From positions 3,965,421 through 3,997,420 of the forward strand of contig NC_007517.1 in the NCBI RefSeq assembly GCF_000012925.1: DNA of 32,000 nucleotides. The letters run 5' to 3'. Each line of letters starts with the position of its first letter. The first letter of the stretch is position 1. Origin of the DNA: Geobacter metallireducens GS-15 (lineage in GTDB: Bacteria > Desulfobacterota > Desulfuromonadia > Geobacterales > Geobacteraceae). This document shows, piece after piece, positions 9,734 through 20,605 of the stretch. The notes under the pieces were generated by a model, which saw only the letters and a list, made by a program, of their open reading frames with translations, did not search any database and was not told the DNA's origin. The translations under genes were made by a program, and so were the position numbers.

Positions 9734-9760
9734 GGGAGCCGGCAACGGCTCCCTTTCTCT
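9734..9760 (+). terminator. Intrinsic terminator/attenuator after pal
   Basis: 8-bp GC stem GGGAGCCG-gcaa-CGGCTCCC followed by TTTCTCT. Confidence 0.55.
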
Positions 9761-9789
9761 ATTGCCGGGCAACAACTACGGAGACGCCG

Positions 9790-10605
9790 ATGAACATCGT
9801 ACGGAATATATCGCTCGTCGTGCTGCTGGCCCTGTCGGGATGCGCCATGCGCAGCGACCTGGAGACGGTGCAACGGGACAACGAGGAACTGAAGACCCGC
9901 ATCTTCCGCCTTGAGAAGGACCTGGGAGGGGTGCGGACGGAGACCAGGGCCGGCATCGAGACAACCTTGCAGGACTTCGAGAAGGAGCGGGCCGGCGCCC
10001 GTAAGGGGCTCGCGGACCTCCAAGCATCCATGGACGCCATGAAGGTTGACCTCCAGGTAATGGCCGGGAAGGTGGACGACCTCTCCCTGGCCGCCAAGAA
10101 GCCGACCGAGGAGGTGAATCTCCTCAAGGAAGACCTGGAACGGCGCCTTTCCTCCCTGGAGGAAAGGCTAGGAGCGGTGCAGAAGAAGGTGACGGACATG
10201 GAAACGGCCCAGGCCAAGCCCCCCGAGCCTGCGACTCCCGAAGCCCTTTACCAGAAGGGGCTCGACGCCTACCGGAGCGGCAATTTCGCTGCGGCCCGGG
10301 AGTCATTTGCCCGCTTCCTGGAACAGCACCCGAAGCACGAACTTGCGGTCAACGCCCACTACTGGTCCGGCGAGGCCTACTACGGCGAAAAGAAATACGA
10401 ACAGGCAATCCTGGAATTCCAGGAGGTGATCAAAAATTTCCCCGGCAAGGAAAAGGTACCTGCGGCCATGCTGAAACAGGCCGGGGCCTTCAACGAGATC
10501 GGCGACGTGAAGAGCGCCCGTTACGTGCTGCGGAAACTCATCGACGAGCACCCCTCCACCGAGGAGGCGAGGCGGGCCAAGGAGAGGCTCAAGGCCCTCA
10601 AATAA
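9790..10605 (+). CDS. cpoB: Tol-Pal associated cell-division coordinator CpoB (YbgF), apparently lipidated
   Basis: 271 aa. It has an N-terminal coiled coil and C-terminal TPR repeats (ALYQKGLDAYRSGNFAAARESFARFLEQHP...AHYWSGEAYYGEKKYEQAILEFQEVI). The signal peptide ends in the lipobox LALSGC. Confidence 0.85.
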   Translation: MNIVRNISLVVLLALSGCAMRSDLETVQRDNEELKTRIFRLEKDLGGVRTETRAGIETTLQDFEKERAGARKGLADLQASMDAMKVDLQVMAGKVDDLSLAAKKPTEEVNLLKEDLERRLSSLEERLGAVQKKVTDMETAQAKPPEPATPEALYQKGLDAYRSGNFAAARESFARFLEQHPKHELAVNAHYWSGEAYYGEKKYEQAILEFQEVIKNFPGKEKVPAAMLKQAGAFNEIGDVKSARYVLRKLIDEHPSTEEARRAKERLKALK

Positions 10606-10609
10606 CAAA

Positions 10610-10633
10610 AGGCGGGTGCAAGCCCGCCTTTTT
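10610..10633. terminator. Bidirectional intrinsic terminator between convergent cpoB and tatA
   Basis: aGGCGGG-tgcaag-CCCGCCttttt, flanked by an A-run on the left and a T-run on the right. Confidence 0.7.
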
Positions 10634-10661
10634 CATTTCCGACATCTCGTATCAGGCCGTC

Positions 10662-10973
10662 TCAAGCCGACTTCGCCCCGTCGCCTCCCCTGGACGCAGT
10701 CTCTGCTGCCCGGTCCCCATGGGCCTTAACCTCGGCAGCCGGGTCCCCCTTCGGGTCAGCAGCGGCGGTCTGGGCTTCTTTTTCGGCCTTTTCCCTTTCA
10801 TCCAGGTTCCGGACCTCCTCGGCCATGTTCCGCTGGAAGTCGTCGGAGGCCCGCTTGAACTCGGCCAGCCCCTTCCCCAGGGACCGGGCGATGTCGGGGA
10901 GCTTCTGGGGACCGATAACGATCAGGGCGATGACAAGGATGACTATCAACTCCGGCATGCCGATTCCAAACAT
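10662..10973 (-). CDS. tatA: Twin-arginine translocase subunit TatA/E
   Basis: I start it at the internal ATG 10973, which is preceded by [48 protein letters not shown] is the canonical TatA TM plus amphipathic helix. The 16 codons upstream in the track ORF lack an SD. Confidence 0.9.
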   Translation of the reverse strand: MFGIGMPELIVILVIALIVIGPQKLPDIARSLGKGLAEFKRASDDFQRNMAEEVRNLDEREKAEKEAQTAAADPKGDPAAEVKAHGDRAAETASRGGDGAKSA

Positions 10974-11055
10974 GTTCGTATACCTCCCGTGACAGCGACC
11001 GGAGTCGCCGGCCCGCCGCAAAACACCTTCTCAATTCTGACCAAAGGATGTGAAA

Positions 11056-11084
11056 ATAATAGAGTGTGGGCCGAGTCGTGTCAA
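11056..11084 (-). promoter_or_regulatory. Predicted sigma70 promoter of tatA
   Basis: On the minus strand: TTGACA (11084..11079), 17 nt, TATTAT (11061..11056). Confidence 0.5.
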
Positions 11085-11125
11085 GGGCGCCATATCGAGG
11101 CCCCGCCCATGGACGGGCAAAGGGT

Positions 11126-11155
11126 TTGACATCGGGGCGAACGTTGATTTAGTAT
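11126..11155 (+). promoter_or_regulatory. Predicted sigma70 promoter of nadA
   Basis: TTGACA (11126..11131), 18 nt, TAGTAT (11150..11155). Confidence 0.45.
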
Positions 11156-11202
11156 CATCCAATTTCGCCCGTATACGGGAAAACGGGAAAGGAAACACAC
11201 CC

Positions 11203-12117
11203 ATGCAGGCCGATACCATCAAGCAGGAAATCAGGCGGCTCCTCAAGGAGCGCAACGCCGTCCTCCTGGCTCACAACTACATGCGGGACGAGGTGCAGGA
11301 AATCGCCGACATCACCGGCGACTCCCTGGGGCTCTCCCAAGAGGCGGCCAAAACCGCTGCGGACGTGATCGTCTTCTGCGGTGTTCACTTCATGGCCGAG
11401 TCGGCATCCATCCTCTCGCCCCATAAGACGGTGCTCCTGCCGCGGCGCGACGCCGGCTGCCCCATGGCCGACATGGTGACGGTGGAGGGACTCCTGGAGC
11501 TGAAGGCCAGGCATCCGGGCGTGCCGGTTGTCACCTACGTGAACTCCTCGGCGGCAGTGAAGGCCGTGAGCGACATCTGCTGCACCTCCGCCAACGCCGT
11601 GAAGGTGGTCAACTCCCTCCCGGACCGGGAGGTGATCTTCGTCCCCGACCGGAACCTGGGCCAGTTCGTGGCGAAGCAGTCGGACAAGGCCTTCCACTTC
11701 TGGGACGGCTACTGCCCCACCCACGAGCGGCTCAAGGCCGACGTGGTGGCGCGCCTGAAGGCAGAGAATCCCGATGCCCTTTTCATCTGCCACCCCGAAT
11801 GCAACCCGGCGGTGGTGGCCCTGGCCGACCACGCCTGCTCCACGAGCGGCATGTACGATTACTGCCGCAAGAGTCCGGCCAAACGCTTCATCATCGGCAC
11901 CGAGGCGGGAATCCTCTACAAGCTCCGCCTGGAGAACCCCGACAAGGAGTTCATCCTCGCCTCGCCGGCCCTGGTCTGCCCCAACATGAAGCTCACCTCC
12001 CTGGAGGACATCCTCGATGCCCTCACGACCATGGCGCCGGTGGTGCAGGTGCCTGAGGATATCCGGGTGCAAGCCAAGCGGGCACTGGACCGGATGATCG
12101 CCATACCGAGGGACTGA
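11203..12117 (+). CDS. nadA: Quinolinate synthase NadA
   Basis: 304 aa from ATG 11203. [27 protein letters not shown]...GDSLGL...[10 protein letters not shown]...CHPEC is the NadA pattern. The 51-codon upstream extension in the track ORF (11050) covers the promoter region. Confidence 0.95.
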   Translation: MQADTIKQEIRRLLKERNAVLLAHNYMRDEVQEIADITGDSLGLSQEAAKTAADVIVFCGVHFMAESASILSPHKTVLLPRRDAGCPMADMVTVEGLLELKARHPGVPVVTYVNSSAAVKAVSDICCTSANAVKVVNSLPDREVIFVPDRNLGQFVAKQSDKAFHFWDGYCPTHERLKADVVARLKAENPDALFICHPECNPAVVALADHACSTSGMYDYCRKSPAKRFIIGTEAGILYKLRLENPDKEFILASPALVCPNMKLTSLEDILDALTTMAPVVQVPEDIRVQAKRALDRMIAIPRD

Positions 12118-12122
12118 GATGC

Positions 12123-12136
12123 GGGGACCGGGGACC
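12123..12136 (+). repeat. Two perfect tandem copies of heptamer GGGGACC, 5 nt after the nadA stop
   Basis: The sequence reads tgagatgc GGGGACC GGGGACC cgtg. The same unit recurs at 19424..19444 and, inverted, at 19533..19546. Confidence 0.9.
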
Positions 12137-12168
12137 CGTGATCGGAAAAATCCAACCTGTCGAGGTCT

Positions 12169-12705
12169 ATGATGATACGTTCTTTTCAGGGGATGAACCC
12201 CCGGATCGACTCCTCCGCCTTCATCGCCGAAACCGCCGTGGTCATCGGCGACGTGACCGTGGGGGCCGAAAGCAGCATCTGGTATAACGTGGTGGTCCGG
12301 GGAGATGTGAACTTCATCCGGATCGGCGCCCGGAGCAATATCCAGGACCTCACCATGCTCCACGTGACCCACAAGAAGCACGCCGACGACCCCGGCGCCC
12401 CGCTCGTCATCGGTGACGACGTGACCGTGGGGCACAGCGTCACCCTCCACGGCTGCACCATCGAAAACGGCGCCTTCATCGGGATGCAGGCCATGGTTAT
12501 GGACAAGGCGGTGGTGGGGGAAGGGGCGCTGGTGGGTGCCCGGGCCCTCGTCACCGAGGGAACCGTCATCCCACCCCATACCCTCTGGGTCGGCGCGCCG
12601 GCCCGGTACAAGCGGGACCTGACCCCCGACGAGATCGCCTGGCTCAAGCGTTCGGCCGGCAACTACGTGAGATACTCCCGGGAGTATCTGGACGATACGC
12701 CATAG
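12169..12705 (+). CDS. Gamma-class carbonic anhydrase-like / hexapeptide-repeat (left-handed beta-helix) protein
   Basis: 178 aa. PRIDSSAFIAETAVVIGDVTVGAESSIWYNVVVRGDVNFIRIGARSNIQD..LHV is typical of the YrdA/PaaY-like family. The start may be the second ATG at 12172. Confidence 0.85.
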   Translation: MMIRSFQGMNPRIDSSAFIAETAVVIGDVTVGAESSIWYNVVVRGDVNFIRIGARSNIQDLTMLHVTHKKHADDPGAPLVIGDDVTVGHSVTLHGCTIENGAFIGMQAMVMDKAVVGEGALVGARALVTEGTVIPPHTLWVGAPARYKRDLTPDEIAWLKRSAGNYVRYSREYLDDTP

Positions 12706-12726
12706 CACCCGGCCTCCGCAGCCAAC

Positions 12727-12765
12727 AAAAAAGCCGGCATCCCCTCGAGGGGAGCCGGCTTTTTT
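12727..12765. terminator. Bidirectional intrinsic terminator between convergent genes
   Basis: AAAAAAGCCGGC-a-TCCCC-tcga-GGGGA-GCCGGCTTTTTT: a long near-perfect hairpin flanked by A6 and T6. Confidence 0.8.
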
Positions 12766-12789
12766 GTTATCGCAACGCAGGGAAACTGG

Positions 12790-13671
12790 TCAGAATTTGA
12801 GGAACGTGAGCCGTTCGGCCGGGTCGGGTCGAGCTGCATCGTCCCGTGCCGTCGCCTTTGTCACCGTGCCGCCCCCCCTCCCCTCTCCATCCTCCGTCAG
12901 CACCGCCACGCTCCGCGCCATGACCGCATTGGTGAAGAGCCCGCCCCGTAGGTTTGCGCTTGCCAGCGCTGCACCCCGCAGGTTCGCCCCCACGGCATAG
13001 ACACCCGTCAGGTCCGCCCGCTCCAGGTCGGCCCCTTCCAGGTTCGTCATGAAGAGGCCGGCCCCCGAGAGCTTGGCCCCCTTGAGGCTTGCCCCCCGCA
13101 GATTGGCCATTTCGAGGGATGTCCCTCGCAGGTTCGCCCCGTCGAGGCACGCCCCCGCCAAATTAGCCAGGTAGAGGTCGGCATTGGCCAGGGAGGCGTT
13201 GCGCAGATCAAGGCCGGCCAGGTTCATCCCCCGCAGGTTCGCCCCCGACAGATCGCGGGTCGTGCCAAGGACCTCGCGCACCTCTGCCGGACCGGGCCGC
13301 CATCCCCCTCCCCGCTTCGGCTCGACTGCCACGACCGGCGCAACGGTCCGGACGGGAACGACCGGCGTCGGCTCGGCTTTTGCGGAAACCACCTTCTGGT
13401 CCGCTTTCTTTGCAGTACGGGTCACCTTTGCCGCCTTCGCCGGCTTCTTTTTGGCGTGGCCACGCCCGGCGACACCCCGCCTGCTTACGAGACGCACATA
13501 CTCGGCATAGGCAAGGGCCGGCTTCGCCGGGGAAGAGGCCGCGACTTCGGTGGACTCGGTTTTTTTCTTCCCCGCCGGGGAGGCGGCGGCCGGCGTTTCA
13601 CTGCCGACGGAGACGAAGAAGGTGGTGATGACGATCGGAATTCCCAGGCAACGGAACAGGAGGTGCTTCAT
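12790..13671 (-). CDS. Exported or membrane-anchored pentapeptide-repeat protein with a Lys/Ala/Pro-rich basic linker
   Basis: 293 aa with a GAGAGGAAG SD. It has an N-terminal hydrophobic segment (LGIPIVITTFFVSVG) and a linker (KKKPAKAAKVTRTAKKADQKVVSAKAEP). About 120 aa of A(D/N)LxG-type pentapeptide repeats follow (ANLRGMNLAGLDLRNASLANADLYLANLAGACLDGANLRGTSLEMANLRGASL...). Confidence 0.8.
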   Translation of the reverse strand: MKHLLFRCLGIPIVITTFFVSVGSETPAAASPAGKKKTESTEVAASSPAKPALAYAEYVRLVSRRGVAGRGHAKKKPAKAAKVTRTAKKADQKVVSAKAEPTPVVPVRTVAPVVAVEPKRGGGWRPGPAEVREVLGTTRDLSGANLRGMNLAGLDLRNASLANADLYLANLAGACLDGANLRGTSLEMANLRGASLKGAKLSGAGLFMTNLEGADLERADLTGVYAVGANLRGAALASANLRGGLFTNAVMARSVAVLTEDGEGRGGGTVTKATARDDAARPDPAERLTFLKF

Positions 13672-13850
13672 GGACGGTACTTCCTCTCGGGCGTAGTGCG
13701 AACAGGGGGGCGGGCTTGCCGGAGGCAGACGACATTGTCCCCTCTTTCCGTATCGGACATTTTTCGCCTTCCTTGAGCATTTTTTTCTCGAGAACCCGGT
13801 CCTGCGCCCCCGGAACCCCTTTCACCAAGGGATATGCCGAGGGGGCAGCC

Positions 13851-13879
13851 TTGCCTTTTCACACCCGCGCTGGTATCGT
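13851..13879 (+). promoter_or_regulatory. Possible sigma70 promoter of mfd
   Basis: TTGCCT (13851..13856), 17 nt, TATCGT (13874..13879). A weak by-eye match. Confidence 0.3.
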
Positions 13880-13913
13880 TCCAGAGCACCCTTACGACGC
13901 AAAGGAAGACGGA

Positions 13914-17390
<3,477 letters not shown>

Positions 17391-17447
17391 TGTGCTAGCT
17401 TCCGTAAGATTCTTCAATACTTAATGAGCCTGAAAAGGAGTTTCAAC

Positions 17448-18395
17448 GTGAAACGAACAGCGGTTCTGACGATCCTCTCGGCCACCCTCCTGGCGGTCCC
17501 GTTCACCGGCTGCAAAGGAAAGACCGAAACCGGCACTGCCACGGCCCCCGCCAAGAAGGCCGGGGAAGTGATCGCCGAGGTTAACGGCGACACCATCACC
17601 ACCGGCGACTTCCAGAAGGAGCTGGAAAACCTTCCCCCCTACCTGAAGCCCATGGCCGACACTGCCGAAGGGAAAAAGGAACTCCTCGATACCATGGTGG
17701 TCCGGGAGCTGATCCTCCAGCAGGCCAGAAAGGACGGCCTGGACAAGAGCCCCGACGTGGCAGCCAAGCTGGAGGAGCTCAAGAAGCGGGTCGTAGTGGA
17801 GGCGTTCCTCAAGAAGAAAGTGGAGGAGCAGGCCAAAGTCTCCGACGAGGAGATGAAGAAATTCTACGAAGAAAACAAGGACAAATTCAAGACCGGTCCC
17901 CAGGTCCACGCGAGCCACATTCTCATGAAGAGCGAGGACGAAGCCCAGAAGGTCCTCAAGGAACTCAAAGAAGGGGGGAACTTCGAGGAGCTGGCCAAGA
18001 AGCACTCCATCGACTCCGCCGCGGCCAAGGGAGGCGACCTGGGATGGTTCAGCAAGGGCTCCATGGTCCCCGAATTCGAAAAGGTGGTATTCGGCCTGAA
18101 AGAGGGGGAAACCTCCGGCATCGTCAAGACCAAGTTCGGCTACCACATTATCAAGCTGACCGGCAAGCGGCCGGCCGGCATCCGTACCTTCGACGAGGTG
18201 AAAGAGCAGCTCAGGGCAGCCATCCTCCCCAGCAAGCAGCAGGAAGTCTTCCAGAAGCTCAAGGATGACATCAAGAAGGGGGCCAAGGTCACCATCAAGG
18301 AGGACGTCCTCAAGGGAATCGGAGGCGCCGCCGCGGAAAAGCCGGCACCCGCGGGCCCCGAGAGCACTCCGGCAAAGAAAGCGGAAACGAAGTAA
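17448..18395 (+). CDS. PpiC/parvulin-type peptidyl-prolyl isomerase lipoprotein (PrsA/SurA-like)
   Basis: The GTG at 17448 lies 7 nt after AAGGAG; the track ATG at 17424 has no SD. The lipobox is VPFTGC. The parvulin domain reads VHASHILMKSEDEAQKV...GGDLGWFSKGSMVPEFEKVVF...KTKFGYHIIKL. Confidence 0.85.
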   Translation: MKRTAVLTILSATLLAVPFTGCKGKTETGTATAPAKKAGEVIAEVNGDTITTGDFQKELENLPPYLKPMADTAEGKKELLDTMVVRELILQQARKDGLDKSPDVAAKLEELKKRVVVEAFLKKKVEEQAKVSDEEMKKFYEENKDKFKTGPQVHASHILMKSEDEAQKVLKELKEGGNFEELAKKHSIDSAAAKGGDLGWFSKGSMVPEFEKVVFGLKEGETSGIVKTKFGYHIIKLTGKRPAGIRTFDEVKEQLRAAILPSKQQEVFQKLKDDIKKGAKVTIKEDVLKGIGGAAAEKPAPAGPESTPAKKAETK

Positions 18396-18402
18396 GCGCA
18401 CC

Positions 18403-18432
18403 GGGGCTGCCGGCAGCAACGTCGGCAGCCCC
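18403..18432 (+). other. Strong intercistronic stem-loop between the two PPIase genes, with no U-tail
   Basis: GGGGCTGCCG...CGGCAGCCCC is a perfect 10-bp stem, extendable to 12 bp, with a 6-nt loop. It is followed by gtgccccc, not a T-tract. Confidence 0.6.
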
Positions 18433-18455
18433 GTGCCCCCTCCCCAACGGAAACC

Positions 18456-19457
18456 ATGATCAAAACCCTCATCACAGCCACCCTTGTCCTTATCGCCACC
18501 CTTCCCTCACCGTCACACGCAGAGGTGGTCAACCGGATTCTTGCCGTCGTCAACGACGAAATCATCACCTCCTACGCGGTCGAGAAGGAAAAGGCCACTA
18601 TCCTCAAAGAGGCTGAGCGCCAGCAGCCTCCGCCCCCCCCTGAATCCCTCGTCCATCTGGACGAGACGGCCCTTAACCGCCTCATCGACAAGAAGCTCGT
18701 GGAGCAGAAAGTCCGGGAGCTGGACATCAAGGTAAGCGAAGAGGAAGTCCGGCAGGCCATCGAGGACGTGAAGCGGCAGAACAAGCTCTCCCAGGAGTCC
18801 CTCGTATCGGCCCTGGCCAATCAGGGGCTCTCCTTCGACCAGTACAAGGTCCAGATCCGCGAACAGCTGGAGCGGCTGCGCCTTGTAAGCCAGGAGGTGC
18901 GGTCGAAGATCCAGGTCGGTGAACGGGAGATGCGGGAGTACTACGAGGCGAACCCCGGCCGGTTTGGCGGCGAGGAGAACTTCCGGGCCCGCAACATCTA
19001 CTTCAAGCTCGATGAAAAGATGCCGGCCGACCAGGTGAAGAAGATCATGACCACCGCCCTGACCGTCCTCCACGAGGCCCGTGACGGCAAGGACTTTGCC
19101 GAACTGGCCCGCCAGCACTCAGACGACCCTGCGGCAAAGAATACCGGTGGCGATCTGGGAACCTTCCGCAAGGGGGACATCCTCCCCGAATTCGAGGAGA
19201 GCCTCATAAAGATGAAGCCGGGCGAGGTGAGCGACCTCATCTATGTCTCGGGGGGGCTCCACATCGTCAAGCTGGAGGCACGCTTCGCCGGCACACCGAA
19301 ACCCTTCGAACAGGTCAAGGCCGAAGTGGAGGACATCCTCTACCGGAAAAAGTCGGAAGAGCGCTTCAACCAGTGGGTGGCCGACCTCCGCAAGGGGGCG
19401 GCCATAGAGATTAGACAGGAAACGGGGACCGGGGACCGGGGACCAGCAAAACCGTAA
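18456..19457 (+). CDS. SurA-like periplasmic chaperone / PpiC-type PPIase
   Basis: 333 aa. It has a signal peptide (LIATLPSPSHA|E), a SurA_N-like region (VVNRILAVVNDEIITSYAVEKE) and a parvulin domain (GGDLGTFRKGDILPEFEESL...GGLHIVKL). Confidence 0.85.
   Translation: MIKTLITATLVLIATLPSPSHAEVVNRILAVVNDEIITSYAVEKEKATILKEAERQQPPPPPESLVHLDETALNRLIDKKLVEQKVRELDIKVSEEEVRQAIEDVKRQNKLSQESLVSALANQGLSFDQYKVQIREQLERLRLVSQEVRSKIQVGEREMREYYEANPGRFGGEENFRARNIYFKLDEKMPADQVKKIMTTALTVLHEARDGKDFAELARQHSDDPAAKNTGGDLGTFRKGDILPEFEESLIKMKPGEVSDLIYVSGGLHIVKLEARFAGTPKPFEQVKAEVEDILYRKKSEERFNQWVADLRKGAAIEIRQETGTGDRGPAKP
19424..19444 (+). repeat. Three perfect tandem copies of heptamer GGGGACC inside the last codons of the SurA-like gene
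   Basis: aaac GGGGACC GGGGACC GGGGACC agc encodes ..TGTGDRGP.. The stretch 19432..19446 is the exact reverse complement of 19531..19545. Confidence 0.95.
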
Positions 19458-19532
19458 ACCAACCTCCACCCGCTTCTCGCCGACTTTTGGTTCGGATGCT
19501 CTTGACGTTTTTCTTCGCTTTTACCGATCCCT

Positions 19533-19546
19533 GGTCCCCGGTCCCG
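19533..19546 (-). repeat. Inverted copy of the heptamer repeat (GGGGACC plus CGGGACC on the minus strand) just 3' of the cbpA stop
   Basis: The minus strand reads TAA aggc CGGGACC GGGGACC aggg. It forms a 15-bp inverted repeat with 19432..19446 (84-nt spacer). Confidence 0.9.
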
Positions 19547-19550
19547 GCCT

Positions 19551-20447
19551 TTACAGCCCCTTGCCCCGCAACTCCTCCACCAGGGTCTTCTGCTCCGGGG
19601 TAAGGCTCTCGGGCACTGACACCCCAATCCGCACGAAAAGATCTCCCTTTCCCGCCTTCCCCATGCGGGGGAAGCCGAGCCCCTTGAGGCGGATCTTGGT
19701 CCCCGGCTGGATGCCGGCGGGTATCTTGATCCGCTTGGTACCCTCCAAGGTTGGCACGTCGAGGGAGGCACCGAGGAGGGCGTCGGTAAAGCGGATCTTC
19801 CGCTCCACCACGATGTCATCACCCTCCCGAGTGAAATGGGGATCGGTTCCCACCTTGATGATCAGGTAGAGGTCGCCGGTTGGTCCGCCGCCATGGCCAA
19901 AGCCCCCCTTCCCCGCTACCCGAAGCCGCGCGCCGTCCTCCACCCCGGCCGGTATCTTGACGGCGAGCTCCTCCCGCTTCCCGTCTCGCATGAAGGCCAC
20001 TCGCTTTTCTCCGCCGTCATACGATTCCCGGAACGTAACGGGAACCTCCATGGTGAAGTCCTCGCCCCGCCGGCGACCGCCACCGAAGCCGAACCCACCC
20101 TGGCGGAAACCGCCGGCGCCGCCGAAGATGCGGGAGAAGATGTCGTCGGTGCCGAACCCCATGTCCTTGAAGATGTCCCCCACGTCAAACCCGCGGAAGA
20201 TGTCCTCCTGGCTGTAGCGCTGGTGGAAGCCGCTGGAGCCGAACTGGTCGTACTGGGCCCGCTTCTGGGGATCGGAGAGGACCGCATAGGCCTCGTTGAT
20301 CTCCTTGAATTTGTCCTCGGCCCCCTTGTCGCCGGGATTTTTGTCGGGATGGTACTTGACGGCCAGCTTCCGGTAAGCTTTCTTGATCTCAGCTTCAGTG
20401 GCCCCTTTCTTCAGGCCGAGTACCTCGTAGTAATCCGTTTGCGCCAT
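19551..20447 (-). CDS. cbpA: DnaJ-family co-chaperone lacking the zinc-finger domain (CbpA-type)
   Basis: 298 aa. It has a J-domain ([33 protein letters not shown]), a G/F-rich linker and DnaJ C-terminal domains. No CxxCxGxG repeats are present. Confidence 0.85.
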   Translation of the reverse strand: MAQTDYYEVLGLKKGATEAEIKKAYRKLAVKYHPDKNPGDKGAEDKFKEINEAYAVLSDPQKRAQYDQFGSSGFHQRYSQEDIFRGFDVGDIFKDMGFGTDDIFSRIFGGAGGFRQGGFGFGGGRRRGEDFTMEVPVTFRESYDGGEKRVAFMRDGKREELAVKIPAGVEDGARLRVAGKGGFGHGGGPTGDLYLIIKVGTDPHFTREGDDIVVERKIRFTDALLGASLDVPTLEGTKRIKIPAGIQPGTKIRLKGLGFPRMGKAGKGDLFVRIGVSVPESLTPEQKTLVEELRGKGL

Positions 20448-20476
20448 CTGAAAATCCTTTCCGTAGGTCTTGAAAG

Positions 20477-20505
20477 AATGTAAGCGCTCCGGAGTACCCT
20501 GTCAA
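20477..20505 (-). promoter_or_regulatory. Predicted sigma70 promoter of cbpA
   Basis: On the minus strand: TTGACA (20505..20500), 17 nt, TACATT (20482..20477). Confidence 0.45.
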
Positions 20506-20539
20506 CGGTTCAGCTGGAGAAGGCTCCATGTTTACTTTC

Positions 20540-20568
20540 TTGACAGCCGCCCATGCAGGGTCTATCAA
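20540..20568 (+). promoter_or_regulatory. Predicted sigma70 promoter of hemY
   Basis: TTGACA (20540..20545), 17 nt, TATCAA (20563..20568). Confidence 0.45.
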
Positions 20569-20605
20569 TGATCAGAGTGCATTCATCGAACGGCGAGGAG
20601 CAGGG

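Noticed and set aside
11050-11202. N-terminal extensions of track ORFs: nadA from 11050, mfd from 13716, hemY from 20528, pal from 9101, tatA from 11021, yidC from 31250, rsmG from 26214, the lipoprotein from 25389 and DUF360 from 24120.
   Set aside because: The extra residues are not part of the conserved protein N-termini. They lack an SD, overlap predicted promoters or upstream genes, and each has an internal start with a good SD at the position where homology begins.
17440-17454. parS-like sequence GTTTCAACGTGAAAC at the start of the first PPIase gene.
   Set aside because: It differs from parS by a 1-nt insertion in the central CACGTG core, which destroys the dyad spacing. It is explained by the SD-spacer-GTG start context. 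Other TGTTTCAC / GTGAAAC half sites (13605, 21727, 24928, 26135) have no partner half.
20469-20475. CTTGAAA (sigma32 -35-like) in the cbpA-hemY divergent region. I also searched for sigma32-type promoters upstream of hrcA and dnaK.
   Set aside because: No CCCCATNT-like -10 lies at 13-15 nt from it, and it is on the strand pointing away from the chaperone gene. For hrcA, the only CCCC-containing -10 candidate lies 25 nt from the -35-like box. I therefore cannot support sigma32 promoters from sequence alone.
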